Origin: Antedon mediterranea
Taxonomy: Eukaryota; Animalia; Echinodermata
NCBI RefSeq assembly: GCF_964355755.1
Contig: NC_092674.1
Span: 23,684,001 to 23,748,000 of the forward strand
DNA length: 64,000 nt
Reading direction: 5' to 3'
Part shown: piece after piece, positions 26,799-40,354 of the stretch
Position numbering within the stretch: the first letter of the stretch is position 1
How the letters are laid out: each line of letters starts with the position of its first letter
Notes under the pieces: generated by a model
The model's input: the letters and a program-made list of their open reading frames with translations, nothing else
Told to the model about the DNA's origin: nothing
The model's database searches: none
Translations under genes and position numbers: made by a program

Positions 26799-27339
26799 AC
26801 TGGTTGCTATCACATATCAGCAATTACATATCTCAAATGAGAATGTCTGTTGTAGGCCTATTGGAACTCTGGTTAGTGAAATGTCCGTACCTCTTCCAAT
26901 ACAAATCTTTATCCGTCAGAGTAAAATGTAAACGCGTCTGCGGAATGTTGCAGGGAATTCCAATGATACTTTTAAAATCAAGATTGTGAGGCGTTTGATG
27001 AATTAACTGCCTTAAAATAACGTGACATGTTTGGAGAAACTATTCTCATCATCAGAACTCAAATCAACGCATAGAGTACAATAACACAGATTGTATTTAC
27101 ATGAGGCAGTAATTAGCATGACAGAAAAACTAGGCAACAAACAATCATATGGCAAGCGTGACGGGCGTATGTTCATCGTGGATATTTATAAGGTAATCTG
27201 TGCATGATCATCATCCAGTGGACGTCTTCTGACTCAGTGAATTGTGACAAGGCGCCTACTGTAGCGTTGCAGGAATCCAGCTATGAAAATGTGAATGTAG
27301 TATTAGTATTGGTCCCGGTATTGGTACTGGTCCTCAAGC

Positions 27340-27510
27340 AAACACGAAAACTAAGGAAATTCGGATTAGGCCGTCCACGGACCCACAACAGTCAGCAGTG
27401 CAGCACCTACCAGATCAGCTGAGAGACGGTTCCTACTCTTTTCGAATAATGTACCAATTTCTTTACCTATTTGTTCACGGGACCAACGGCTTTACATCGC
27501 ATCCGAATAG
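27340..27510 (-). mobile_element. SINE remnant with Deu/Nin-like central domain
   Basis: Minus strand reads tcggatgcgatgtaaagccgttggtcccgtg...gtaaagaaattggtacattattcgaaaagagtagg, resembling the recalled DeuSINE core (tcggatgagacgttaaaccgaggcccc...gcactattcgaagaagagcaggg). Confidence 0.5.
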
Positions 27511-28475
27511 GGCTTCTTGTTGCTCATATCATCATGTTACCGGAATGTATTATGTCTATATTTTAACGGACATGATCGTCGTAATAATGCCATTTGAATA
27601 ACTGTGTGTAAATAATTTGTAAATTAAAAAAAATGGTTACGGCGAAACAATGATGTCTTAAAGAAGTGGTATGAAGTTTAATTGGTTGGAGCTGTTATGA
27701 CATAATGCAAGTAACGTTTCTATATTCATCATAGTTCTTTGAAATTCAAATGACATTAGAACCGATAAAAATACTATGATATGAATAACATAAAGAGTCA
27801 ATGTCATGACAAGGAACCATGTTGTTCTTATTATATTGCCAAATAAATGCGATATCATAGGAAATCCCGACATGACCAATCGCCTCTAAATACATTCAAA
27901 GTCAAAAACTTAGAAAAGATATATCAACCGCATTATGTTGAGAGTATGTGTAGCCACAAAGTAGTTAATTAATTATTTTTGTTAGGGAAAGAAGTTTAAC
28001 TATACTTATTTTTAGACATCATAATGATTATATAATGATTATATATTTTTAAAAAGCTTCAGCAGTAGGCCTGTTAGATATACTATGAGAAAGCATGTTG
28101 TCTCAAGGTTTCTAGCTTACAAATTGTTATTCCTAAATTCACTTACCTTATTGTACAATGTTCAATTAACGTGCACGTATAATTCGCTTTATCTTGTTAT
28201 ACTTGTGGTTAATTACCACCTGTATATCGGTAACAATTTACAATTAACACATTTCTTATTAATTGTTTACATTGTCCATGGAAACTCCAATGTTCACAAA
28301 TAAAATGACGTAAAAAACTAAAACTGTTATTATTGATCGTATTAAGTGTATATAAACATGCAGTTTATGACATCTCTTAAATGCTACCAAAACGATTTAC
28401 AATTATAAATAATAATTAGTAGCATTATCTTAGAATCTTAGGCCTACATTAGAAGCGATTACGCCTAATTAAACG

Positions 28476-29657
28476 ATGCACATGACAGTGGTTATTACGA
28501 CCTTTGGAAGCCTGCAGCAACATAAAGACGAACGGAGGAGAACAAATACGAAATGCATCAAAATGGATAACATGAACTGTGACGTTCATTGGAATATGTC
28601 TGCATTTGACAGAAACAATTACCTATATAAAGATTGGCAAAATTCAGTTATATTGATAGTTATACCAATGCTATTGATATTTGGTTTAACAACAAACTCA
28701 TGTTTTATTTTCATGGTTTACAGAGTTCCTGACATGCGCATTACTGTCAATATTCATCTTGTAAGTCTTGCAGTCGCAGATTCCTTGTGTCTTACTTTGA
28801 GTGTAGCTGATCAGCTTTTTCGCTTTGCCATCTCTGATTTGGAAGGGAACTTGGCGAACGTTGGCACCTCTGGTTGTATACTAATTCCGTTATTGGTCAA
28901 CACGGCACTAATGTCGTCAGAGCTTCACATATTGTTGTTGGCAATTGCAAATTATCATAGCGTTTGTGTACCACTAGCAGCTCACATCAATCCACATAGG
29001 CGAGCAGTTCGTCTGCTAACAGCTACATGGTTAGTATCTGCCTCAATAGCCATCAGCTTCATTCCTGCTTTTGCAAATTATGAACTTCGCTGCATTTGGT
29101 GGAACAGCACGTACGTGGAAACATACGGTGCGTGTATGTCTGTTGTATACACCACAGACCACAGTATTGATGCAACGTATATTTATTTTAATTTAACACA
29201 AACGTTTGCATTTTTCACGTCAGTAATCGCAAGTAACATTCTATACGTAATGATATTACGTCATTTACGTCAGGTTAACAAGTCTGTAGATAATCACGGC
29301 ATGGCACATACGTCACAACGAAAGAACAAACTAATACGGCAGCATTTTAACCGGATGTTATTTTTTAATGGAATAGTGTATTTCATTCTGCTAGCGCCGT
29401 TCAACATCTGTTCTTTGTTTCGATTTGTGTCGAACATTACCGGTACCAAACTTGTGCAACCGAATATAGAGGCAATATTGGATACTACGTTTCGCCTTCT
29501 TGGATACGTCAATTCCTGTATTAATCCAATTGTTTACGGTGCTACTAACCCAAGATATCGGAAAGCTTTTAAAATTGCTTTTTCGTCTACAAGAAAATTG
29601 GACGATCATAAAAATGGAAGTGAACTTGAGTGTAATTCACGTAGACCTACTCTTTAA
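28476..29657 (+). CDS. Intronless class A GPCR 2 (paralog of GPCR 1; ERY replaced by ANY)
   Basis: 7TM, GLTTN, SLAVAD, LAPF, NSCINPIVY. By comparison with GPCR 1 the start may be ATG 28563 (MDNMNC). Confidence 0.92.
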   Translation: MHMTVVITTFGSLQQHKDERRRTNTKCIKMDNMNCDVHWNMSAFDRNNYLYKDWQNSVILIVIPMLLIFGLTTNSCFIFMVYRVPDMRITVNIHLVSLAVADSLCLTLSVADQLFRFAISDLEGNLANVGTSGCILIPLLVNTALMSSELHILLLAIANYHSVCVPLAAHINPHRRAVRLLTATWLVSASIAISFIPAFANYELRCIWWNSTYVETYGACMSVVYTTDHSIDATYIYFNLTQTFAFFTSVIASNILYVMILRHLRQVNKSVDNHGMAHTSQRKNKLIRQHFNRMLFFNGIVYFILLAPFNICSLFRFVSNITGTKLVQPNIEAILDTTFRLLGYVNSCINPIVYGATNPRYRKAFKIAFSSTRKLDDHKNGSELECNSRRPTL

Positions 29658-30099
29658 GCGCAACTATTTATGTAAAATTTAGTTTATGTTATGTAAAGAA
29701 TGTATTGTAATCGGTTCGTAATTGCATCATGTTTTCAAAAATGTTTGCAACTGAGATGCTAAATAAGGTTTAACCAGCAAATAACGTCACGCACGTAGGC
29801 CTAGGATGAACAAAAAGTTTGACGGCACCGGCACGGGCTAAGAGGATTCGTCATTCCTTATCATGCCTTCTTTCCACAACGTTTGTTTTTCTTCTGTGTA
29901 TGTGTGTTCACTTACAACACTACTATATTAATAGTAATAAACACATGTAGGCTAAGTAAAGGATGTATTTTTGATCGCAAATAAAAAGCATGTATAAGCC
30001 TAGGCTATAATTGCACCTACTAGAATCATCTGCCTTGTGTCGGTCTCGGTTGTGTTGGATTCACAAAAACATTCAAATGTATGTGTGATGGTATGAAGA

Positions 30100-30215
30100 C
30101 GACGATAAAGAAGTTGACAATGACGAAGACAAATGATGATGAAAAGTAAAACATGTTAATGATTATGATGATGGTAAAGATGAAGACGATGATAATGAAG
30201 ATGATGATAAAGATA
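30100..30215. repeat. Degenerate (GAT/GAC/GAA)n microsatellite
   Basis: gatgatggtaaagatgaagacgatgataatgaagatgatgataaagat. Confidence 0.6.
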
Positions 30216-31687
30216 CTAATTATCATGTCATTACAAGCATGTACTCCATCTTTATATAAATACAAAAGTCCGACAACATATGGTGACAACCGGGTTAAAT
30301 CTTGGCGGAAATTAAATACGCCAATTTATTAACAATTGAATTGTTCAGCTGAACCTTACAACTAAAATATACTAGCATATATGTATAACAGTAGTTTGAA
30401 AAACTCCGGTCATTTTAATACCCATTATCCCTACATTGTTCATCTACGTATGCAACAGGAGATTGTGTGACGATATAGAGGGCGCCATAGAAGAAATTAT
30501 AAGAAACCGTTATAAACTATTTTTCTAAGTCCTCGGAGTGCATACTTACTGAAGCGTGGTTCCCACTAGCGACGCAACACAACGACGTAACGCACGCAAG
30601 TGAATTGACCAGTCACAAGCGATGGCTTATTCGCTTGTGATTGCTAACTGTCTATAACTTCACTTGTCATTGGTTAAAACGATTGCGTTACGTTCTAGCA
30701 AGCTTTACTTGTAGCGGGAACAAGTATTACTGAAAAGCCCCTCTTCAATATGAATGAAATCTTATGGTATGGCGCAAACTTTAATGGCTTTTAAAAGAAT
30801 GTATGGACTGACAAAGCAGCACATCAACAGGACGAAGAGAGTTCCACAATAGAACAACAGAAAAGTTCAATTTTAATTAGACATCTAATTCGAAAATAAG
30901 AATCCATGATAATTTTAGAAACCTGGATTATATCAGCTCTTTGTCTTAATAGACCAACGTAGAAAGGCCAAGTAACTGCTGCACCAAAGAATGAAACTAG
31001 TAACTTTGTTTTTATTTTACTATGCATACATACATTCTACAGCAACCCTATAAGAACATTTTTTTATCATTATCAATAATTGACATGTCACTGCTAGCAA
31101 TCTACTTCAATCTAAATCAAAACAATAAGTTATTGATCTACGTACTATTATGTCCTAATGAGAATTAAAGAAATTAATCCAATTAACCCCAATGATTGTG
31201 TCAATCCAATCGTAATAACAATTGTCTCGATTCTTTCGACATTTAAAATAGGTTTTACAACTATTGATTCGACATCTGACGATTATATAGTTACGCCAGC
31301 CGATTCTCGTACGACAGTCATAATCTAGTGACACTAAACATCGAGTCAAACATCGTGTCTGCTGACAAAGCAGCCTCATACGCATACAACTATGACGAAC
31401 AAGCCTAAAACGTCTGAGGCCTCCATAGTTTGTTTGGGCCACTTATCATCCCTAAACCAGGAGCCTTAGGCCTCTTCGTTATGCCACTGCTAATACAATA
31501 CGATCACGTTGGGTTCGAACCTTAGTTTACCGAATGGAAAGCTGAAGCTTAAGGAACATCTGGATGGCACATTGAAGAGGCTACTATAGTGTATAAAGTC
31601 TACTATAATTCCAAGAGGCTATACATCTTTAATATGATGTCTCTTTAGTGACATCAGTCATTGCTTGCTCTTCCATAATAAAAACGG

Positions 31688-32791
31688 CTAGTCTACAGAA
31701 GCTAATGCAATTGTTAGCTTGGTGGTAGTCATGCGTTGTCCTGTCGTCAAAGTGTCATGGTTGTTGGAAGGTTGTAGCTTGCTTGGTGAGTACGCAACCA
31801 TAAAGGCACTTCTATATTTTGGGTTCGCAGCCCCATATACAAGTGGGTTTACACACGAATTTAAGTAAAGAAGCAACCGACATGTAGTAAATAATGGAGA
31901 AGAATCTGCAACTGAATTACCACCAGAAATATAAGACACGAAGTCACAAAAAGCGTACAATTGAAATGGTGCCGATAGTGTGAAATATACCAGCCAGTTG
32001 AACCAAAGCATTCGATTAAAGTACTGTTTCACTTTACTTTTGCGGTAGTGTGTCGTCTGCGCCATCCCGCGATTTTTCAACGACGCGCTAACTCTACGCA
32101 GCTTACGTAAGACCTTTACGTACAGAACACTGCTGATTACCAATGATGTCAGAAAGACGATAGGTTGTGCTAAATTAATATAAATATTAGCACCGTCAAT
32201 TTCAATATCTGATGTGACTGATCTACAAACACCATATGTATCTGATAGATCTGAATATTTCGTGTCTTCAAGACAGTAAAGTCTGTAATCGGCATAAGAC
32301 GGTGTAAAACTGGCGGCAATCAACACAGATACCAACCAAGTAGCTGTAAGCAGACGGGTTGCTCGCTTTTTCTGATTGAACTGAGCCTTGAGTGGTACAC
32401 ATACACTATAGTAACGTTCAAAAGCTATCACTAATATGTGAAGTTCTGACGACAATAGTGATGTAAATACAAGGAATACGATAAGAATGCAGCCAGCTGT
32501 GCCGCGATGTCCAGCATCCCCATACAAAGGTGAAATCACATGACGAGCAAGTTTATCGCTGATGCTTATGGCAAGAAATGAGACATCTGCCACGGCCAGG
32601 CTGACGAGATATATATTGATGGTAATTCTCATGTCAGGAACTCTGTAAACCATGAAGATGAAACAGGAGTTTGTAATTAAGCCGAATGCTAATACAATTG
32701 GCATCACAATCACGGTTACTACACTTTCCCAATCTGTGTATTCCCGCAAATTACTCGAGTCAAATCCCTGTATACAATCAATGTTCTTCAT
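31688..32791 (-). CDS. Intronless class A GPCR 3
   Basis: 367 aa, 7TM, GLITN, SLAVAD, FERYY, APF, NSCVNPLVY. Confidence 0.93.
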   Translation of the reverse strand: MKNIDCIQGFDSSNLREYTDWESVVTVIVMPIVLAFGLITNSCFIFMVYRVPDMRITINIYLVSLAVADVSFLAISISDKLARHVISPLYGDAGHRGTAGCILIVFLVFTSLLSSELHILVIAFERYYSVCVPLKAQFNQKKRATRLLTATWLVSVLIAASFTPSYADYRLYCLEDTKYSDLSDTYGVCRSVTSDIEIDGANIYINLAQPIVFLTSLVISSVLYVKVLRKLRRVSASLKNRGMAQTTHYRKSKVKQYFNRMLWFNWLVYFTLSAPFQLYAFCDFVSYISGGNSVADSSPLFTTCRLLLYLNSCVNPLVYGAANPKYRSAFMVAYSPSKLQPSNNHDTLTTGQRMTTTKLTIALASVD

Positions 32792-35440
32792 ATCTTATTC
32801 TTTACAGTGGAAGAAAAGAAGTACGATGGTATAAAAATTACTCTGTAAATGCTTCTTAATGAGAACAAAGTGGCACTTAATACAAACAACACGATCATAT
32901 ACTGATTCTGCGCACAGAGTTGTTTGTCAAGAAATGTCAAAGCAATATTAAAGTTCTTCAATATTTACTTTGATCTTAAAGATAAATTATTCCTAGATTA
33001 ACATGTTGCGCAATCATAGAATCTAAGCGCCAATAAAATAATAATAGACTTGATTGAATCCGAATTAAAATGGGTGTGAGCTGTCGGAGATGGACGTCGC
33101 TGGTTGTTTCTCCTTTCGCTGGTTAACAATTAGTAGGCCTTATTACCTTTAATGAAATTGGATTACCTGAATCTTTAAAAACACCACCACAACCTTTCAA
33201 AAAAAATCTAACAACTTCATATTTATTTCCATCCTAATATAAGAATTGTTTAAACTGTTGAAAATAATGCAAAAAGCTTGTGTAAAATAATCTAATTAAA
33301 TAGAACTGAGATGTGAATTAACAATAGACCGGCAAGAATATACCTGGCAAGAATTAGCTGGCAAGATGGTTTGAAAAATTCTTCTTAAACGTTTTCCGCT
33401 ACTTAGACATTACGCTTTCCATGTTTTGTTTCTGTTTAGGGCAGGATGGTTTGTTATTGTGTTTATTTTATTTATGTTTAATTTGGTTCATTTAGTTATA
33501 TTTTCTTTTCATTTTGTTTCCTTTATTGTTTGTTTAATTGGTGTATCATCCGGTAGTATAGGTGTGTTTCCATACCATTTTAGTCTTCTTCGTTTCATTA
33601 TTTACTCTATTCTTCTCAAACTCAACAGTTCTTTTCAGAACTATATACGCAAACTTTATATCAACATCCATTCTTCTTGTGATCTGGTATATTTCCTTGT
33701 TACTCACTCTATCCGTTATAACTCTATCACATTACGTCACATATTCCACTGATACATATCTATGTTATCTTGTAATCGTTTGTTGAGTACCCAGAGTTCA
33801 CTAACATTTAAAAATATACTAGCTATATAGGTCTATGCGTCAAACAAATCGGCATTTTACATCTATCTTCAACCAAGGAATGTTGTAGGATTGCCTTGCT
33901 TCAACTTGTTATATGCCATAGCAGCTAGTGATTTTTTTATTGCCTTTTTTACTATGGTTTAAATATCAATATTATACAAAATTATTTATTATTAATTGTT
34001 ATTAATTTTTCTATGGTAATAATCCAGTTTTGTTTTTCACTATGCGAATTTTTTCACACGAATTGAAGGCATTGGGTTATGCGCATGCGCATTAATATTT
34101 TTATTTTCTTTTTGCGATGCGAAAAAATACAAAGTCATCGTCCAGCAAAAATGTTCAATTCGTGCGAGTAGAGGGTATATATAACTTATTAACCCAGGAT
34201 ATTAGCTACTCGAATAAATTTTGTTCTGAATATGTGATATCAGCTTTTATTTTCTTTGTTTTTAAATCGTAGAGGCGTTTCAGAAACCATCTGTGTCTTC
34301 ATAGGCAAATCTGTGTCATTGTACTTAACATTACATACTGTATAATAACACTTCACCAATATCGTCATCAACTTATGAGTTGTTTACATTATCCGTGGTA
34401 ACTGCAAATTTCACGTTTATGGTAAATAAATTAATTTGTACAAACAAACAATAACAGAAATGAATGTGAAAGAGGATCATTTGAACCAGTATACATTTAA
34501 TTAAATTTTCTTAATACCATTAAGATTTGTAGAGAATATTATACTCAATAAAATCTTCCGCCGTAATGGTAGACGTGTGAGTGCATGAAAAATATACAGA
34601 AGCTAATGTAGATCAATTGGTAATTGGCAACGCATGATAATATACTATCGATGCAGGCAATATCAAAACGAAAACGATTTCTGGTTTGGAAAGAATACAT
34701 CAAATCAACAACATGTACGATGGCCAACAGTATTATATTCGTTTTGTTGTGTAAACAGACCTTAATACAAAGTCATATATCCTACTTGTCAATTTAGAAT
34801 AATTTACTAGGCATACAATAACATAATTGATCACGAAGTATACTAGCCTACTTTAAGCGTAGGTGTAATAACGTTTTAACGTTTCAATCCTCTTTTTTTT
34901 CCGTCCATCTTTAGCAGACAACATGTTCCTCAATATGTTCGTATTTGGTCCTATGGCAAATCATTGATATATGTTTGCTGTTTTCTGAATTAATATGGAC
35001 GCACTTTTACCTATGTTGTATCCTATCCTTTTAACGAACTCCCACCTTTTGTCAAATTTTTCCTAACTTTTGATTTGAATTAATAAAACTCATTTAATTC
35101 GCAAATTTCAGAATACAATACGCCTTTGAACATTCTTATTTTTAATTTTAGTAATATAAATGTTTGACTGAATATGGTACATATAGGCCTACTAATAATT
35201 TGAAACAGTGTCACACTTCTTGAATAACGGTGCATCCATAGTAATTAAAATAAATAAAAGTTAAAAAAGAATAATTAATAATAGGTCAATATACAAGAAA
35301 ACCTAAATAAATTATGTACACAATATAAAAGTAACTATTATTATTAAATCTATATTATAGCCCTAAAACACACCATTCTACACCTTTTCTATAGTTTGTG
35401 TATGTTTAGATAAAAATACATAAATTACAGAGAACTGAAA

Positions 35441-36529
35441 TCAGTCTATTACTGCTATTGAAATCGTTGTTTTCGTCGTTGCCATCATTTGTCCGGTATT
35501 ATTGTTAGAATGTAGCTTCCTTTTCGAACACGCGGCTATAAAGGAAACTCGATATTTTGGGTTCGTAGCCGCATACACAAGTGGGTTTACACACGAATTT
35601 AGGTAAACTAGCAACCGACATGTAGTAAACAATGGAGTAGAGCTTGTAACTGAATTACCACCAGTAATATACGATACGAAGTCACAAAAAGCATACAATT
35701 GAAATGGTGCTGCTAAGGTGAAATATACCAGCCAATTGCACCAAAGCATTCGATTAAAGTACTGTTTCACTTTACTTTTTCTATAGTGAGTCGTCTGCGC
35801 CATACCGCGGTTTTTTAACGACGCGCTTACTCTACGCAGCTTACGTAAAACCTTTACGTATAGAACACTGCTGACCACCAATGATGTCAGAAAGATGAGA
35901 GGTTGTGCTAAATTAAAATAAATATTAGCACCGTCAATTTCATTATCTGATGTGACTGATCTGCAAACACCATATATATCTGATAAATCTGAATACTTCG
36001 TGTCTTGAAGACAGTAAAGTTTGTAATCGGAATAGGCAGGCGTAAAACTGGTGGCAATTAATACAGATACCAACCAGGTAGCTGTAAGCAGACGGACTGC
36101 TCGTTTTTTCTGATTGAGCTTAGCCTTGAGGGGTACACAAACACTATAGTAACGTTCAAAAGCTAGCACTAATATGTGAAGTTCTGATGAAAGGTTTGCT
36201 ACATATATAAATAAATATATAAGGATGCAACCAGATGTGTCGCGATGTCCAGCGTCTCCATACAATGGTGACATCACATGTTTAGCAAGTTTATCACTGA
36301 TGGTGAAAACCAGGAATGAGACATCTGCCACGGCCAGACTGACTAGATATATATTGATGGTAATTCTCATGTCAGGAACTCTGTAAACCATGAAGATGAA
36401 AAAGAAGTTTGTGATTAAGCCGAATGCTAATACAATTGGCATCACAATAACGGTTACAACACTTTCCCAATCTGTGTATACCCGCAAACTGCTCGTGTCG
36501 AATCCAGACGTACATGTAATATGCTTCAT
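35441..36529 (-). CDS. Intronless class A GPCR 4 (recent tandem paralog of GPCR 3)
   Basis: Colinear and highly similar to GPCR 3 from MKHITC (ATG 36529; the ORF track starts at a TTG); FERYY, NSCVNPLVY. Confidence 0.93.
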   Translation of the reverse strand: MKHITCTSGFDTSSLRVYTDWESVVTVIVMPIVLAFGLITNFFFIFMVYRVPDMRITINIYLVSLAVADVSFLVFTISDKLAKHVMSPLYGDAGHRDTSGCILIYLFIYVANLSSELHILVLAFERYYSVCVPLKAKLNQKKRAVRLLTATWLVSVLIATSFTPAYSDYKLYCLQDTKYSDLSDIYGVCRSVTSDNEIDGANIYFNLAQPLIFLTSLVVSSVLYVKVLRKLRRVSASLKNRGMAQTTHYRKSKVKQYFNRMLWCNWLVYFTLAAPFQLYAFCDFVSYITGGNSVTSSTPLFTTCRLLVYLNSCVNPLVYAATNPKYRVSFIAACSKRKLHSNNNTGQMMATTKTTISIAVID

Positions 36530-39190
36530 ATCTAATTTGTATGTGCTTTCACGTTCTTTAAAATAGGTTGTTTTAAACAAAATGAAACGACACAGTGGTT
36601 ACTAAAACAAAAAACACGATTCGTAAACTGAGCATGCGCAGACACTTTTTCATAAAGTGTTTATAGAGTAGATAATAAAAATCTCCAATATTTCAATACA
36701 AAATGATTAATACGGTAATAACTCTCCAAGCGCGAATTTTAGGCGACGAAATTATGAAATTGCAATGTTTAAACCAACATATTCTTTAAATAGACTCCAC
36801 AGTGGTTAATAACAAAACCACGGATCTGGGAAATTCGCAATATCTTTGTAACGTTTACAACAATAAAACTCTTCAATATTTTCCAACGATAATTAATAAG
36901 GTATAACCAATGATTTTATAGCCGAATGTAGGCTACCTCACTGGGTATAATCCACTTGCTTCTTTATTAACAAAATGTTTGTGCACTAAATTATGAAAAA
37001 AAGTATGTTTAAACAAAACGGTTTGTGAATAAATGACACAATGGTTACTTAATTAATAAAAACACGACCAAGAAACGGAGCATGCGCAAACACTTTAATA
37101 CAAAACACTTCAATTTAAAACAATACTTTGAATAATGGACAACAAAATAAATGCAAGACCGAGAACTGAGCACTTTTATTTGTGTTAATATTTATTACAA
37201 TAAAACTCTAATAAAAACTTTAATATTTCCGTTAAAATAATACGGTTAAACTTTTTATATTGTTCCTCATCTTCAAAATAGGAAACTTTTAAAACAAAGA
37301 GTTCATCATGTTATCTATTTATTAATTTTTGCTTTATACATTTATGAAATGAATTAAGCTAGTACGTCTACTACTAGCTCCTAGGCATATCATAGGCGCT
37401 TCATAATCAAATGACGGATTTTTAAAATAAAATGTCTTCTAGATCTTGCATAACATATGCGAAATTAACAATAGAAAAGAGGAAAGATCATGGCTTACTA
37501 GAACTACTGCACTAGCTAAGCACAGGTCAAAGACGGGGCCAATGTACCGTAGGCCTATGCCTCTCTACCACTACTGTAACGTACACAGTAACACGTAATC
37601 GTAGGAAGGTCCGGCCGGCCTGTGTGCCACGACCAGGATGATCACAAGCTCTACTTGGCACTTGGCAGGCCTAACTATTGTGCACTTACTACGCTTATTG
37701 GGGGACTGTATAAGCTTAAACGAGGGCCGTTCAAATGATCTATACAATACTTACCACTCTCAGTAAGCTATGACTGCAGGAACAGAAAAGATGACATTTT
37801 AAATGAAAATAAACCGTACACATATAACATTGCCTAGCAGCCTAACTCGAATTCCTAACTTGTTTTTCCCTCTTCCTCACAGCTGCATCGTCTGCAAAAA
37901 CTTCTTCAAACCCTCCGCTGATTGGTCAGAAAGAAAAAAAGTAGTTCGAACTTTTATAAAAGTAAGTTCTCCAAATTAGGCCGAACTATGGGGAGCTTGC
38001 TTAAATGTTTTGAATCCCGAATATGTCAAATCCGGTTTTTATATGTTTTTATTATTGTACGATCCCATTAAAAAATAATAATTTCAATTGGATCATCAAT
38101 TTCTCTATAAATTATTAGAGCGCCCTCATTCAAACAGAACACAATCATACTTTATAAGTCCGTACTAAGTTTAAATACATGTAAAATATTGTAATTAACA
38201 CGATTTTGTGAATTTCATTGTGATCAAAGATTATGTATTAAAATGCAATGCATAATCTGTGAGATAAATAAATAATAATGATGTTACCCCGTTTGAATGG
38301 AAGTTGAGATCCTGTTTTCAGGTAGCTTTTTATGTAGGCCTACGCGTATTTTTTTTAAAACGTAGGAACGAATGCTTTTATTGAAATTCTCATGTTGTAC
38401 TAGAGTCTAAATTTTATTCAATTTATATTATTTTTCTAAAAAAATTTAAAGTACTATGAAATCAGTATTAGTGGTTGCATAATCAATAGAGTTCACCCAT
38501 GAATCGAGAAAAAAAAACCAACACACTCATTTGCATTATTCAAAGATAGCGTTCGCTTGTAAACACTCAGATGTAAGACATCGCAGATGTTTTTTCTCTT
38601 TTCCAATTAGCTGGTAATTAATTTTCAAAATCCATTAGATACACTATTATCTCGCAATAAACTGCTCGTTGCCCGGGACTCGTTGTGTGTCGTTTTATCG
38701 CGTCATCTTTGCGACGGTACGCGTTACAATCATCATGCTCACTAATACCGCTGTACACGGATAAGACTTTCGTCATCAGATCTTCTTAACACGATCATAT
38801 TTTGAAATCGATCTGGTATCTAAAGAGTAAATATACAGTTTCTTGCCGTACCATAAATGCACGATACGTGGAATGAATCTAAGTCGTGTTTGTAATGCTG
38901 GTTTATGGATTTATACTGCACTGGCCATTAAGCTATTAAAATATAATTAATAGTCGAGTATAATTTTAGAGATAAGTTCTATCGTCTCCTTGGCCGATGG
39001 AAACTCAGCTGTCAATTATCAAATAGACGTGTAGTGTAGTATTTGCCTAATAAATGCAGAATTATAAATATAATTTAGAACTTTGTAAGTGATGCACTGG
39101 TTGTGGTAGCGAAACGGCATTGGAACGCTCATTATTATTGTTGCTTTTATTTTGAAAATCAAACGATTGGTAACTGGTTGAGCGGACGTT

Positions 39191-40354
39191 ATGGGCACTG
39201 TGTTATTCACAAACACGTGTAGTGTGGAAATGACTCTTTGTATTGGGGATTGCTATACATTCAAAAATCTGACAGAGAGCAACGAATATTCGAATTGGGA
39301 GACAATATGTGTTTGCTACGTGTTTCCAGTTATAATGTCCGTTGGCGTCATTACGAACATTTCATTCATGTTCGTGTCATATCGTATCTCATATCTTCAC
39401 ACTGCTGTAAATAATTTCCTTATAAATTTATCAATAGCAGATATTATATTCTTACTAATAGCAGTGGGAGAAAAACTAAACAGCTATTACGAGTTAGATG
39501 TGAACATCCACTCTGGGAAGAAGACATTCCTTGGATGTACCGTAACGTCAATATTGAAGAACTCTTCTTCTTTCACGGCTCAAATCTTAGTTACTTTAAT
39601 CGCATTGGAACGATATAGAGTCATATGTTACCCCATCAGAGCTTACACAATACACTCTAGGGTAAGGGTTAGAAGACAGAACTTCGGCTCTTGGGTCATC
39701 GCGGTGCTTCTCTCTGCCTCGATGTCACCAGCCGTCGGTAAAGAAGAATCCTATTGTGGGGTATGGCCTGTGAAGGATGGCGAATTTGTCGTCATTGATA
39801 TATGTGGCAGTGTGAACAAGGGTTTTGTGATCTATTATGAATTTATACAAACAGTTCCTTTCTTTATCGCCTGGACTATTACCAGCATAACGCATATTCT
39901 GATTGTCATAGGCCTGAAGAAGAGCAATTCCGATTCACGTCTACACCCTAAAGGATCCAAAGCGTTAACTAGAGCCGGGAACCAGATTACAGCAATGCTA
40001 TTAATAAACGGCGTAACATTTTTTTTGCTTTTGGCACCGTTCCAAATAACATCATTAATGGCGATGATAAAGCATACTATTGGTGATTACAACAGCGATG
40101 ATCCATCGGAAAATCATACTTTTCTTAATATAGGTAGACTGCTGTTGTACATGAACGCTGCCATTAATCCAATAATATACGTAATAGTGAACCAGCGGTA
40201 TCGTAATGCGTACGTGTTGGTGTTCTGGCGATGTCGTCGCCAAGACGATGACGAAATCGCAGGGGGAAGACCGCATAGCCGACAGGATGTAAACTGTACA
40301 TTTTTAAACATGAAAGATGGTTTTAATCGTCAACAATTTGACACATATTTGTGA
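39191..40354 (+). CDS. Intronless class A GPCR 5 (divergent family member)
   Basis: 387 aa, 7TM, GVITN, NLSIAD, LERY, LAPF, NAAINPIIY. Confidence 0.93.
   Translation: MGTVLFTNTCSVEMTLCIGDCYTFKNLTESNEYSNWETICVCYVFPVIMSVGVITNISFMFVSYRISYLHTAVNNFLINLSIADIIFLLIAVGEKLNSYYELDVNIHSGKKTFLGCTVTSILKNSSSFTAQILVTLIALERYRVICYPIRAYTIHSRVRVRRQNFGSWVIAVLLSASMSPAVGKEESYCGVWPVKDGEFVVIDICGSVNKGFVIYYEFIQTVPFFIAWTITSITHILIVIGLKKSNSDSRLHPKGSKALTRAGNQITAMLLINGVTFFLLLAPFQITSLMAMIKHTIGDYNSDDPSENHTFLNIGRLLLYMNAAINPIIYVIVNQRYRNAYVLVFWRCRRQDDDEIAGGRPHSRQDVNCTFLNMKDGFNRQQFDTYL

Noticed and set aside
26590-29560. Possible gene conversion between GPCR 1 and 2 in TM5 and TM7
   Set aside because: High identity falls in the most constrained segments and synonymous differences remain; not separable from purifying selection by eye.
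30026-30289. Hydrophobic ORF resembling a membrane peptide (similarly 33426-33752)
   Set aside because: Arises from (ATC)n or T-rich low-complexity sequence with no recognisable motifs.
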